This document shows, in pieces, positions 1-9,245 of a stretch of 64,000 nucleotides of DNA (position 1 is its first letter; each line of letters begins with the position of its first letter). Origin of the DNA: Candidatus Bathyarchaeota archaeon (lineage in GTDB: Archaea > Thermoproteota > CALKCG01 > B24 > DRYS01). The notes under the pieces were generated by a model, which saw nothing but the letters and a program-made list of their open reading frames with translations, did not search any database and was not told the DNA's origin. The stretch lies in assembly GCA_018396535.1 (NCBI GenBank), contig JAGTQC010000003.1:96001-160000 (forward strand), read 5' to 3'. A program made the position numbers and the translations under genes.

Positions 1-70
1 CCTAGAAGTACTGGAGTATATGGATCCAGAGAAGGCTAAGGATATAAGATCTAAGTGTGGTCTCCAATAG
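1..70 (+). CDS. 3' end of a CDS entering the window (...LEVLEYMDPEKAKDIRSKCGLQ*)
   Basis: Open frame 2 from position 2 to TAG at 68-70 with typical codon usage; function unknown. Confidence 0.45.
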   Translation, partial: LEVLEYMDPEKAKDIRSKCGLQ

Positions 71-83
71 GGGGTTATCCTAT

Positions 84-1079
84 ATGAAGTTTGGTGTAGA
101 GTTTGTTCCTAGAGAACCCTTCTGGAGGACGACTCTATATACTATAGAAGCTGAGAGGCTTGGATTCGATTACGTATGGATTACAGATCATTATAATAAT
201 AGGAACGTCTTCACTACGCTCACTACCGCAGCGATATATACTAGAAGTATAAAGCTAGGTGTAGGTGTAACGAACCCGTATATAAGGCATCCGGCTGCTA
301 CGGCATCAGCTGTAGCATCCCTAGCTGAGATGGCTCCTGATAGGGTGGTCTTAGGTATTGGAGCAGGGGATAGAGCTACACTTGAAGGTATCGGTATCGA
401 GATAATTAAGCCTTTATCAGCTGTAAAGGAGTCTGTACATATAATTAAGGAATTACTAGCTGGAAACCAGGTCTCCATCGATGGGAGTGTATTCAAAGTT
501 AAATCTGCTTCGTTAAACTTCAAATGTAGATCTCATGTACCCATCTATATAGGTGCTCAAGGCCCGCTGATGCTATCCCTAGCCGGTGAGATCGGTGATG
601 GTGTGCTCATAAATGCAAGTCATCCCAAGGATTTCAGGTATGCTATAGAATATGTTAAGAAGGGGGTTGAGAAAGCTTCGAGAGATGTTAAGAGCGTGGA
701 TATAGTAGCTTATACATCCTTCTCGGTAGCGGATGATGAAGCTAAAGCTGTGGAAGCATCTAAACAGGTGGTAGCTTTCATAGTAGCTGGAAGTCCTGAA
801 GCTGTACTAGAGAGGCATGGTATAAATCTCGAGACTGCTTCTCGTATAAGAGAGCTTATAGTATCTGGGCGTTTCGGTGAAGCATTTAAATCCGTAACTA
901 CCGATATGATCGATGCATTCAGTGTTTCAGGTAGCCCATCATCTGTAGCTAAGCGTATAGATGAATGCTTAAAGGTGGGTGTGACGCAATTCGTAGTAGG
1001 TTCACCTATAGGTCCACAGCCTTATGAAGCTATGAGGATTATCAGCTCTAAGATAATACCTATGTTTAAAGCTGAATAG
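84..1079 (+). CDS. mer: 5,10-methylenetetrahydromethanopterin reductase (F420-dependent, LLM family)
   Basis: KFGVEFVP start, WITDHYNNRN, GVTNPY, PIYIGAQGP, GDGVLINASHPKDF motifs of the Mer clade; ATG at 84 follows GGGGG SD. Confidence 0.85.
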   Translation: MKFGVEFVPREPFWRTTLYTIEAERLGFDYVWITDHYNNRNVFTTLTTAAIYTRSIKLGVGVTNPYIRHPAATASAVASLAEMAPDRVVLGIGAGDRATLEGIGIEIIKPLSAVKESVHIIKELLAGNQVSIDGSVFKVKSASLNFKCRSHVPIYIGAQGPLMLSLAGEIGDGVLINASHPKDFRYAIEYVKKGVEKASRDVKSVDIVAYTSFSVADDEAKAVEASKQVVAFIVAGSPEAVLERHGINLETASRIRELIVSGRFGEAFKSVTTDMIDAFSVSGSPSSVAKRIDECLKVGVTQFVVGSPIGPQPYEAMRIISSKIIPMFKAE

Positions 1080-1158
1080 CACTTCTAACACATTATTTTA
1101 GTCTCTATAAATAATTCTTAAGCCACGTATCTATACCGACATCCTATCGGTGTAGTCT

Positions 1159-2166
1159 TTGAAGAGTGTAAGATACGCTGTTATCGGTCTAGGTAGGATA
1201 GGTAGATTGCATTGTGAAACGCTTAGATCGAGAGTCGATAAAGCCGAGCTTGTAGCTGTATGCGATCTATCAGAGGATCTAGCTAGATCTATAGGTGAAA
1301 AGCTTGGTGTAGAATGGTGTTCAGATTATTCGAAGATTCTTGTAAACCAGTATATAGATGCTGTAGTCGTAGCTACACCTACCTTTACCCATAAATCTAT
1401 AGTCTTAGAAGCTTTAGAGGAGGGGAAGCATGTATTCGTAGAGAAGCCTCTAGCTCCATCATCAAGCGAAGCTAAGGAGATAGTTTCTATAGCTAATAGG
1501 AAACGTCTTAAGGTTATGGTAGGTTATCAACGTAGATTCGATTACGCGTATAGGGAGGCTAAGCTTAGGATAGAGGAGGAGGGTATAGGTAGGCCTATAT
1601 GCTTCATCGATATAGCTAGGGATCCGCAACCCCCTTCAGGCTGGGCTGCTGATCCGAAGCTGAGTGGAGGTATATTCGCAGATATGCTTACACACGACTT
1701 TGATATAGCGAGATGGCTCCTAGGCTTGGAAGTATTGAAGGTATACGTATTAGGTGGAAACTTCTTCTATAACGATTTGAAGATGCTTGGAGACTTAGAC
1801 TTCGCTAATATTATGCTTGAATTTGAAAACGGTGTTCAAGGTTTAATACAGGGTTGTAGGAGATCTGTATACGGTTATGATTTGAGGACAGAGATTCTAG
1901 GGACAGATGGCACGATCTCTATCGGTTGCAGCTTCGATTACTCATTCTATCATGGTACTCCTGAAGGTGTAAGGTTTCGCGGGGCTCCGTGGTTTGAGAG
2001 AAGGTTTTATGAAGCTTACGTCGATGAGTTGAGGAGCTTCACAGAAGCTATACTAAACGACTCACCTCCTCAGGTTACCGTGGAGGATGGGTATAAAGCT
2101 CTATGTATAGCGGATGCATGTTGGAAGTCCTTTAGAGAGGGGCGAGTTGTATCTGTAGTCTATTAG
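1159..2166 (+). CDS. iolG: Gfo/Idh/MocA oxidoreductase, probable myo-inositol 2-dehydrogenase
   Basis: GLGRIG, EKP, GYQRRFD, SGGIFADMLTHDFD, YGYDLRTEI motifs; first gene of the iolMNO cluster. Confidence 0.75.
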   Translation: MKSVRYAVIGLGRIGRLHCETLRSRVDKAELVAVCDLSEDLARSIGEKLGVEWCSDYSKILVNQYIDAVVVATPTFTHKSIVLEALEEGKHVFVEKPLAPSSSEAKEIVSIANRKRLKVMVGYQRRFDYAYREAKLRIEEEGIGRPICFIDIARDPQPPSGWAADPKLSGGIFADMLTHDFDIARWLLGLEVLKVYVLGGNFFYNDLKMLGDLDFANIMLEFENGVQGLIQGCRRSVYGYDLRTEILGTDGTISIGCSFDYSFYHGTPEGVRFRGAPWFERRFYEAYVDELRSFTEAILNDSPPQVTVEDGYKALCIADACWKSFREGRVVSVVY

Positions 2167-2226
2167 AGTATTTGAGCTTTAAATCCCTAATACTCATTAG
2201 TCTACTCGTAGTGGGGGATAGGTGGG

Positions 2227-3417
2227 ATGCTAGCTGCAGTTCTCTATGCAGATTTCGATCCACGTAGAGGTTATGCTATATCTAGGGATGAAGTTGCTTC
2301 TCGTAAAGTTCGTGAAGGTAGTAGTGTATGGAGGAATCCTAGGCTTAGGCTAGAGGAGAGAGATATTCCAAAACCTAGGGGTAGGGAGGTGTTGATTAGG
2401 GTTAAAGCTGTAGGGATATGCGGTAGCGATATCCATATGGTGGAATCCGATAGCGAGGGCTATATGCTATACCCGGGTTTAACCAGGCTACCTGTAGTAT
2501 TAGGGCATGAATTTAGTGGTATCGTAGAGGAGGTTGGTGGAGGGGTTAGAAGCGTTAAACCTGGCGATATGGTTACTAGTGAGGAGATGCTTTGGTGTGG
2601 TGAGTGTTTGATATGTAGATCGATAGATGTGAATCATTGTACTAGGCTTAACGATCCCGGAGACCTTGAGTTTGGGGAGTTAGGTTTCACACATGATGGC
2701 GCTATGGCTGAATACGTCGTAGTTCATGAAAAGTATCTATGGAGTATAAACTCGCTTCTAGATAGGTATAGAAGTGAGGATAGGGTTTTCGAAGCAGGTA
2801 GCCTAGTGGAGCCTGCATCTGTAGCGTATAGAGCGATATTCAATAGAGCTGGAGGATTCGATCCAGGTAGTTATGTAGCTGTATGGGGTGCAGGACCTAT
2901 AGGCTTATCGGCTATAGCTTTAGCTAAAACTGCAGGTGCTAGTAGAGTTATAGCTTTCGAAGTAAGTTCTATCAGGATTGAGCTAGCTAGATCTATGGGT
3001 GCGGACTACGTATTCAATCCTATAGAGCTTGAGAGGATGGGTGTACAGCCTTGGGAGAAGATAATCGAGGTTACAGATGGATGGGGTGTAGATCTACACG
3101 TAGAAGCTTCGGGTGTACCTGAGCTACTTACTCAGATGGAGCGAAGTCTAGCTATAGGAGGTAAGATTGCATGGATAGGTAGAGCTCCTAGATCTGTATC
3201 GATGTATCCTGAGATATTCCAGGTTAGAAGGGGGCAGATATATGGTAGCCAAGGCCATTCTGGATGGGGTATATTCAGAAATGTTATAAGGTTAATGTCC
3301 TCTGGATCTATAGATACTACGAAGATGATAACTAGCAGGTTTAGGTTGAGTGAGATATTCAAAGCATTCGAGAGAGCTAGGCAGAGGGTGGATGGTAAGA
3401 TAACGTTGAAGCCTTAG
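2227..3417 (+). CDS. iolM: scyllo-inosose 3-dehydrogenase (Zn-dependent ADH family)
   Basis: Distinctive N-terminus (ADFDPRRGY...GSSVWRNP), CGSDIHM...GYMLYPGLT.LPVVLGHE and GSQGHSG, as in Thermotoga IolM. Confidence 0.85.
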   Translation: MLAAVLYADFDPRRGYAISRDEVASRKVREGSSVWRNPRLRLEERDIPKPRGREVLIRVKAVGICGSDIHMVESDSEGYMLYPGLTRLPVVLGHEFSGIVEEVGGGVRSVKPGDMVTSEEMLWCGECLICRSIDVNHCTRLNDPGDLEFGELGFTHDGAMAEYVVVHEKYLWSINSLLDRYRSEDRVFEAGSLVEPASVAYRAIFNRAGGFDPGSYVAVWGAGPIGLSAIALAKTAGASRVIAFEVSSIRIELARSMGADYVFNPIELERMGVQPWEKIIEVTDGWGVDLHVEASGVPELLTQMERSLAIGGKIAWIGRAPRSVSMYPEIFQVRRGQIYGSQGHSGWGIFRNVIRLMSSGSIDTTKMITSRFRLSEIFKAFERARQRVDGKITLKP

Positions 3418-3475
3418 GATATAAGGATAGAGTTATTTCCTCAGATTATACCTGCATATATTCTGGTGTCTAGGC

Positions 3476-4435
3476 ATGACCTGTATAGTTAGTAGCCGTT
3501 GGTCTCAGCCAGTACTAGATCGCTTTAATCGTAAGATATACCTAGATCAGATGAGTACTAGTGAACTTGAAGGGAAGGTGAAGGAGAATGATATAGTCTT
3601 CCTTCCAGTCGGATCCTTAGAGGCTCACGGTCCTTTTGCACCGTTAGGTGAGGATACTATAATAGGCGTCTCCATAGCTGAGAGGGTAGCCTACGAGACA
3701 GGTGTTACGGTAGCACCACCTATACCTTACGGTAGTCATCCTAGTCATCACTACGGTATACCCGGTACTATCCCTGTTAAAGCTACGCTGCTAGCTGAGT
3801 ATGTAGCAGAGGTTATTAGATGGCTTTCTAACGCTGGGTTTAAGAAAATATTCATATGGAATAGTCATGGGCAGGAGTATGTTCTTCCGATAGCTAAGGA
3901 TTTAGCTATAGTAGAGAAGAGGGTACATGCGCTTATACTCGTTACTAGCTGGTGGGCTTGGGTTCAAGATATATTGAGGAAAGCTGGTAGTGGTGAAGAA
4001 GTAGCTCCGGGTGTAAGGATAGAAACACCGTTTATACATGCAGATGAGGTCGAGACAAGCATCATATGGTATCTAGCTCCGGATCTAATCGATGAAGAAA
4101 AGTTGAGGAAGGAGGGTGAATGGGGTGTATATAGGCCGCTACCACCTAGGTGGGTTAATACAGCTGGTAACGTGTTTACGGATAGACCGTTTAACTGGTA
4201 TGATGTAAGCGCTCTACCCGAGTTCTACTATTATCGTAAGGGTTTCGTAGGCTACGCTAATCTCGCAGATCCGGCTAAGGGTAGGATTATAGTCGAGAAG
4301 GTTATCGAGAGGGTTGTAGAATTTGTCGAATGGCTTAAGAGGAGTTATCCAGCTGGTAGGATACCTAGGACTTGGATAGAGTTTGAGGAGCTGTATTTCG
4401 ATAAGCCTAGATCGTGGTGTGAACCTAAAGGTTAG
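3476..4435 (+). CDS. iolN: 3-dehydro-scyllo-inosose hydrolase (creatininase family)
   Basis: PVGSLEAHG, GEDT, YGSHPSHHYGIPGT, NSHGQE, ETPFIHADEVETS; follows iolM. Confidence 0.8.
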   Translation: MTCIVSSRWSQPVLDRFNRKIYLDQMSTSELEGKVKENDIVFLPVGSLEAHGPFAPLGEDTIIGVSIAERVAYETGVTVAPPIPYGSHPSHHYGIPGTIPVKATLLAEYVAEVIRWLSNAGFKKIFIWNSHGQEYVLPIAKDLAIVEKRVHALILVTSWWAWVQDILRKAGSGEEVAPGVRIETPFIHADEVETSIIWYLAPDLIDEEKLRKEGEWGVYRPLPPRWVNTAGNVFTDRPFNWYDVSALPEFYYYRKGFVGYANLADPAKGRIIVEKVIERVVEFVEWLKRSYPAGRIPRTWIEFEELYFDKPRSWCEPKG

Positions 4436-4453
4436 AAGTTTACGGTTGATGAT

Positions 4454-5263
4454 TTGTTGAAGCTATCCGTAGTATATCTATTAACATCGGATCCCAGGTT
4501 TAGTCTAGGTGTAAGAGGCCCCCTAGATAGTCTACTACCGAAGATTAGATCTTTGGGTATAGATGGCGTAGAGTATAATATACCTAATCCTTTCGATATC
4601 GACGGCGTTAGGTTACGTAGGATTACCCACGATTACGGGTTAGATATACCTGTGCTATCGACAGGCTTATCGCATATCCTATATGGGATTAGTCTATCTA
4701 GTATAGATGAATATTCTAGATTGAAAGCTGTGGGGTGGATACGTCGATATATAGACTTGTCTTGCGTACTTGAATCGTATAGAATCGTCCTAGGATTGGT
4801 TAGGGGTAGGTGTGACGATCGTGATCTAGGTATGCGGTTTCTGATATCCTCCTTAATAGAGCTTGATCGTTATGCACATGATAGGGGTGTGGATATATTG
4901 TTAGAACCGTTAAGTAGTAGTGAAACAAATCTTGTGAATAATGTGGGGGAAGCTTTAAGACTTGTAGATATGTTTAGATCTGTACGTATCCTATTCGATG
5001 TTTATCATGTGTTAAACGAAGAGGGTGATATAGCTAGATCTCTAGAGTATGCTGGAAGATATATAAGGCATGTACATATAGCTGATAGGTGTAGAGGGGT
5101 ATCTGAGTTAGGGAAGCTTCCTGTAGATCAGCTTCTAAAGACTTTAAGTTTGATAGGGTATAGAGGATATATAAGCTTGGAAGCTAGGATCGAGTATAGT
5201 ATCGAAGAATCTATCAAGAAATTTGTAGATATTGTTAAAGGCTTCTCTCAGATTATAGGTTAG
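4454..5263 (+). CDS. iolO: sugar phosphate isomerase/epimerase TIM barrel, probable 5-keto-L-gluconate epimerase
   Basis: GLVRG, LLEPL..ETN, FDVYH, HVHIAD, GYISLE metal motifs; operon context. Confidence 0.6.
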   Translation: MLKLSVVYLLTSDPRFSLGVRGPLDSLLPKIRSLGIDGVEYNIPNPFDIDGVRLRRITHDYGLDIPVLSTGLSHILYGISLSSIDEYSRLKAVGWIRRYIDLSCVLESYRIVLGLVRGRCDDRDLGMRFLISSLIELDRYAHDRGVDILLEPLSSSETNLVNNVGEALRLVDMFRSVRILFDVYHVLNEEGDIARSLEYAGRYIRHVHIADRCRGVSELGKLPVDQLLKTLSLIGYRGYISLEARIEYSIEESIKKFVDIVKGFSQIIG

Positions 5264-5350
5264 CTCTAGGATTACTCTAAGGTTATTATTATGGATAGGT
5301 AAGGGTAGAGGTAAAGTTATTAGTATAGATTAAACTCGTATAGATATAGC

Positions 5351-6412
5351 TTGTGGAGCTTTACTAGATCAGCATACCTAATCCATATACTACTCATCTA
5401 CACAGTTATAGGATCGTCTACGTATCTTAACCCTGGGTTAAGATACGTTGAGTATAGAGTTTACGATGTTAAGGATATAGCTGTCCTAACCTATCTAGGT
5501 TCTAACAAGACTGTTTATGTAGATTGGCTTGTACCTATGAATAATAGCCATCAAGTATCCTATATACTAGATTTGAATCCTAGCGTGTACGAAAGGTTTA
5601 CCGATAGATGGGGTAATACTATTTATAGGTTTAGGATCGATATAGATTTATATGGATCAACCTTCAGGATGGAGGGAAGATATCGCGTCGTATGCTATAC
5701 TTCTATACCTGCTATAGCAGCTGGAGGGTATGGTAGGGTTGAGGATATTCGCTTAGATGATCTAGATCCGATATACCTAGCTCCGAGTTTCTGGTGGAAT
5801 TTCACAGATCCAATGATATCCAGACTCATCGACAGGGTTAGATCAGCTCTACCAGGAGAATCTCGTATAGATGTATTGATCTTAGAGGCTAAGAGGATCG
5901 TCAATTCTAGACTATCATATAGGAGGGTGGATGAGAGGCTCGGTGCTTCTGAAGCTTTAAGGAAAGGTTATGGGGATTGCTCCGAGTTTTCAGATCTGCT
6001 AATATCTATAGCTAGGGGTTTGGGTATACCTGCTCGAAGGGTTTTAGGCGTGTACGTAGAGGATTCCGAAGTTAAAGGATGGCATGCATGGGTTGAGGTG
6101 TGGAGCCCATACTTAGGATGGATACCTATAGAAGCTACCGAACCCGTATTCCAAGCTAAAACTCTAGGCTATATCACATCGAATTATCTAGCTCTATATG
6201 TAGAAGGGTATCCTGAAGAGGTATCTAGTGATGATTTCAGGGATGAGGAGATAGTATTCGATGTTAAATTAATCGAGTATAGGAAGCTTATAGATGATCC
6301 TATTCTAGTTATAGCTAGGGATCTCGCTATATCATTATCGATAGCTGTGGTAGCTATAATATCCATCCATACAGTTGTTAAGAGGGTTTATAGGATTAGA
6401 AGACTCTGTTAG
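5351..6412 (+). CDS. membrane-anchored transglutaminase-like (Cys-His-Asp/Glu) protein
   Basis: GDCSEFS, GIPARRV, HAWVEVW...GWIPIEAT; hydrophobic N- and C-termini. Confidence 0.8.
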   Translation: MWSFTRSAYLIHILLIYTVIGSSTYLNPGLRYVEYRVYDVKDIAVLTYLGSNKTVYVDWLVPMNNSHQVSYILDLNPSVYERFTDRWGNTIYRFRIDIDLYGSTFRMEGRYRVVCYTSIPAIAAGGYGRVEDIRLDDLDPIYLAPSFWWNFTDPMISRLIDRVRSALPGESRIDVLILEAKRIVNSRLSYRRVDERLGASEALRKGYGDCSEFSDLLISIARGLGIPARRVLGVYVEDSEVKGWHAWVEVWSPYLGWIPIEATEPVFQAKTLGYITSNYLALYVEGYPEEVSSDDFRDEEIVFDVKLIEYRKLIDDPILVIARDLAISLSIAVVAIISIHTVVKRVYRIRRLC

Positions 6413-7821
6413 GCTTCGTAGAGTCTGAATTCATCATGTATCGCTCTCACAGCTTCCTCTCCATCCTCCTCTTTAACTACGAATGATATATTGTATTCTG
6501 AGGAACCTTGCGCTATCATACGTACGTTTATCCCTTTCGAAGCTACAGCTTTAAATACCCTAGCTGCTACACCCGGTGTCCCCCTCATGCCAGCTCCTAT
6601 CACGGATACTATGCATACATCCGGCTCATAGTATATACTGCTAACTAGCGAGCCTGTAACAGTCGATTCTAAAGCTGAAACCCCTTTATCTAGTGAGCTT
6701 CTATCTACGACCATAGTTATATTTGCTTCAGAACTACTTTGTGAAATCATGAGTATATTCACGCCAGCTCTACCTAATGCTTCGAAAACCTTAGCAGCTA
6801 CTCCTGGTAGGCCAACCATACCCGTGCCTTCGACGGCTAGTAAGGCTACATCTCTTATCAATACCACAGTCTTAACTATACGTCTATCGATCTCAGGTTT
6901 ACCAGGTCCTATAAGTGTCCCTTGCCTACTCTTATCGAATAGATTCCTGATTCTAACAGGTATACCTTTAGAGATCACAGGGTCGAATACCCTTGGATGT
7001 AAGCCTTTAACACTGAATCTAGCTAGTTCTACAGCCTCCTCGTAGCTTAACCTATCTATAGTCCTAGCCTTCCCTTCGATCTTAGGATCGGCTGTCATTA
7101 TACCATCTACATGAGTCCATAGGCAGACTTCATCTGCATCTAAACATGCAGCTAAGATTGTAGCAGTGTAATCAGCTCCCCCACGTCCAAGGGTTGTTAT
7201 ACTACCATCAACCGTCGCACCGGAGAAGCCTGCTATTACAGGTATCGTACCGCGATCTACTAGAGGCTTTAATCTTCTAGAAACTTCTACTCTACTATTC
7301 TCTATCAGTGGGGTAGCATCTCCGAATCTACTATCTGTAACTATCCCAGACTCCCACCCTGCTAGATCTACAGCTTCGACCCCCTCCTCCCTTAACCTAC
7401 TAGCTACTATTATAGATGATAGAACCTCGCCGGTGGAGGCTATGTAATCCCTAGCTCTAGGAGTAACTTCTCTAAGCTTCAGACAGGTGTATAGAGTCGA
7501 TTTGATATCCTCTAGGACTTTATCTATCCTCTTAGAGACCGATTCCCTAGACTCGACTCTACGTAGAGCCTTCTCTACTAGACTTGAATGGGTTCTCCTA
7601 ATCAAATCTAAGTATTCTTCGATCTTCCCTTCGATACCTAGTTCGCTATACCTGCAGAGTGTTAAGAGACTATCTGTTACACCTTCGATAGCTGCTACGA
7701 CTACTACAAGCTTCCATCCGCTACCCACAGTGTCTCTTACTACATCGACTATCCTATCTATACCGTCAGCTGTAGCTACACATTTCTCACCAAACTTATA
7801 GACCAATATATCACTACCCAT
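6409..7821 (-). CDS. aspartate kinase family protein with tandem ACT domains (degenerate catalytic motifs)
   Basis: AAK fold (YKFG, GE.LS, TLGRGG, VDGIMTADP) plus two ACT repeats (GMVGLPGVAAKVF, GMRGTPGVAARVF); start moved to ATG 7821. Confidence 0.85.
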   Translation of the reverse strand: MGSDILVYKFGEKCVATADGIDRIVDVVRDTVGSGWKLVVVVAAIEGVTDSLLTLCRYSELGIEGKIEEYLDLIRRTHSSLVEKALRRVESRESVSKRIDKVLEDIKSTLYTCLKLREVTPRARDYIASTGEVLSSIIVASRLREEGVEAVDLAGWESGIVTDSRFGDATPLIENSRVEVSRRLKPLVDRGTIPVIAGFSGATVDGSITTLGRGGADYTATILAACLDADEVCLWTHVDGIMTADPKIEGKARTIDRLSYEEAVELARFSVKGLHPRVFDPVISKGIPVRIRNLFDKSRQGTLIGPGKPEIDRRIVKTVVLIRDVALLAVEGTGMVGLPGVAAKVFEALGRAGVNILMISQSSSEANITMVVDRSSLDKGVSALESTVTGSLVSSIYYEPDVCIVSVIGAGMRGTPGVAARVFKAVASKGINVRMIAQGSSEYNISFVVKEEDGEEAVRAIHDEFRLYEA

Positions 7822-9106
7822 GACGAGCCTCCCATCTTCTAGGTAATCCGTGTAGAGCTTTAAGTTTAGCCAGCTCGTCTGCGAGCATTGGTAGAAATAC
7901 ACCTACATCCGATATTACGCCTATAGATTGAGCTGTCCCTCTATCGAGGAGTTTAATCGGTACAGCCGGGTTTATATCTACGCATACGACCTTAACCGTG
8001 GAGGGTATCATATTCCCTACAGCTATAGAGTGTAGCATAGATGCTAGCATCAAAACTAGGTTAGCATCCCTAAGATGCTCTCTATACGCCTTCTGTGCTT
8101 CAACCATATCCGTTATAACATCTGGTATTGGACCATCATCTCTTATCGAGCCTGCTAGTACGTATGGTACACCGTTAACTATACACTCGTAAAATATCCC
8201 GCTTCTCAATACACCTTTCTCCACTATCCCACGTAGACCACCATACTTTATCACTTCGTTTATAGCTACTAGATGATTCCTATTCCCACCGGGTACTCTA
8301 TATCCTTCATCAACCTTTAATCCGAGTGATGTACCGAATAGAGCGTATTCTACATCATGGACTGCTAACGCATTACCAGATAGTAGAGCATCGACGTATC
8401 CCATACGTATGATTCGAGCTAGGTGTTCAGCACCTCCTGTATGTACTACTGCAGGTCCAGCTACGACTACGATCTTACCTCCAGAAGCCTTCACTTTATG
8501 CATCTCCTCAGCTACCCTTCTAACTATGGTAGGTGTAGGCTTCTCTGATGATGCTCTACTACTCATAAACTCGAAGATACCGGCACCAGTTCTAGGATAC
8601 TCTGGAAGTTTAACTCTTACCCCTTCATCACCTACTACTATGAGATCTCCTCTACGTACATCCCTAATACCTTTACAATAAGCTTTACAATTCACTGGGT
8701 CTACGACTATAATTTTATCCATACATATATCCTCGACCGGTATCCATCTACCCTTATACCTTACCCATGTAGGATGATTCGTAGTAACATAGAATCCATC
8801 TGGTAGAACCATATCGTTCGGCGCCTCCTCTAACCTAACATCCTCTATACATGCTGGTACAGCTCCTAAGCTTCTAAGCTCTTTAAGCATGTATTCAAGA
8901 TGTTCACGACTCCTACCTCTAACCATTATCCTAGCATAGCTTACCTCATCCTTCCTTCTCCCTATACGAAATTCTAATACCTCGAATTCTCCACCTAGAT
9001 CCATAATCCTATCGAAAACCTTCGGGAGTATATACGAATCTATAAGATGACCTTCAAGTTCGACTATCTCTGAATATTCATCGCTAGGTTTTTGGAAGGT
9101 AGTCAC
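7814..9106 (-). CDS. TIGR00300 family / ArgZ(AgrE) C-terminal-like protein, putative ornithine cyclodeaminase
   Basis: EGHLIDS, FYVTTNHPT, SSEKP, GPAVVHTGG, GNALAVHDVE, LAGSIRDDGP, SMLHSIAVGN. Confidence 0.85.
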   Translation of the reverse strand: MTTFQKPSDEYSEIVELEGHLIDSYILPKVFDRIMDLGGEFEVLEFRIGRRKDEVSYARIMVRGRSREHLEYMLKELRSLGAVPACIEDVRLEEAPNDMVLPDGFYVTTNHPTWVRYKGRWIPVEDICMDKIIVVDPVNCKAYCKGIRDVRRGDLIVVGDEGVRVKLPEYPRTGAGIFEFMSSRASSEKPTPTIVRRVAEEMHKVKASGGKIVVVAGPAVVHTGGAEHLARIIRMGYVDALLSGNALAVHDVEYALFGTSLGLKVDEGYRVPGGNRNHLVAINEVIKYGGLRGIVEKGVLRSGIFYECIVNGVPYVLAGSIRDDGPIPDVITDMVEAQKAYREHLRDANLVLMLASMLHSIAVGNMIPSTVKVVCVDINPAVPIKLLDRGTAQSIGVISDVGVFLPMLADELAKLKALHGLPRRWEARHG

Positions 9107-9245
9107 CTGTCATATATACCACCTTAGTATGCCGGTTATACAGGGATGATCATAAGATCTATCTACACAGGTATTTAACGTTTCCTCCTATAGAAGTTAG
9201 CTTAATAAGATGTAGAGTTGCTAGTCTGTTATCGGTGATACATAG

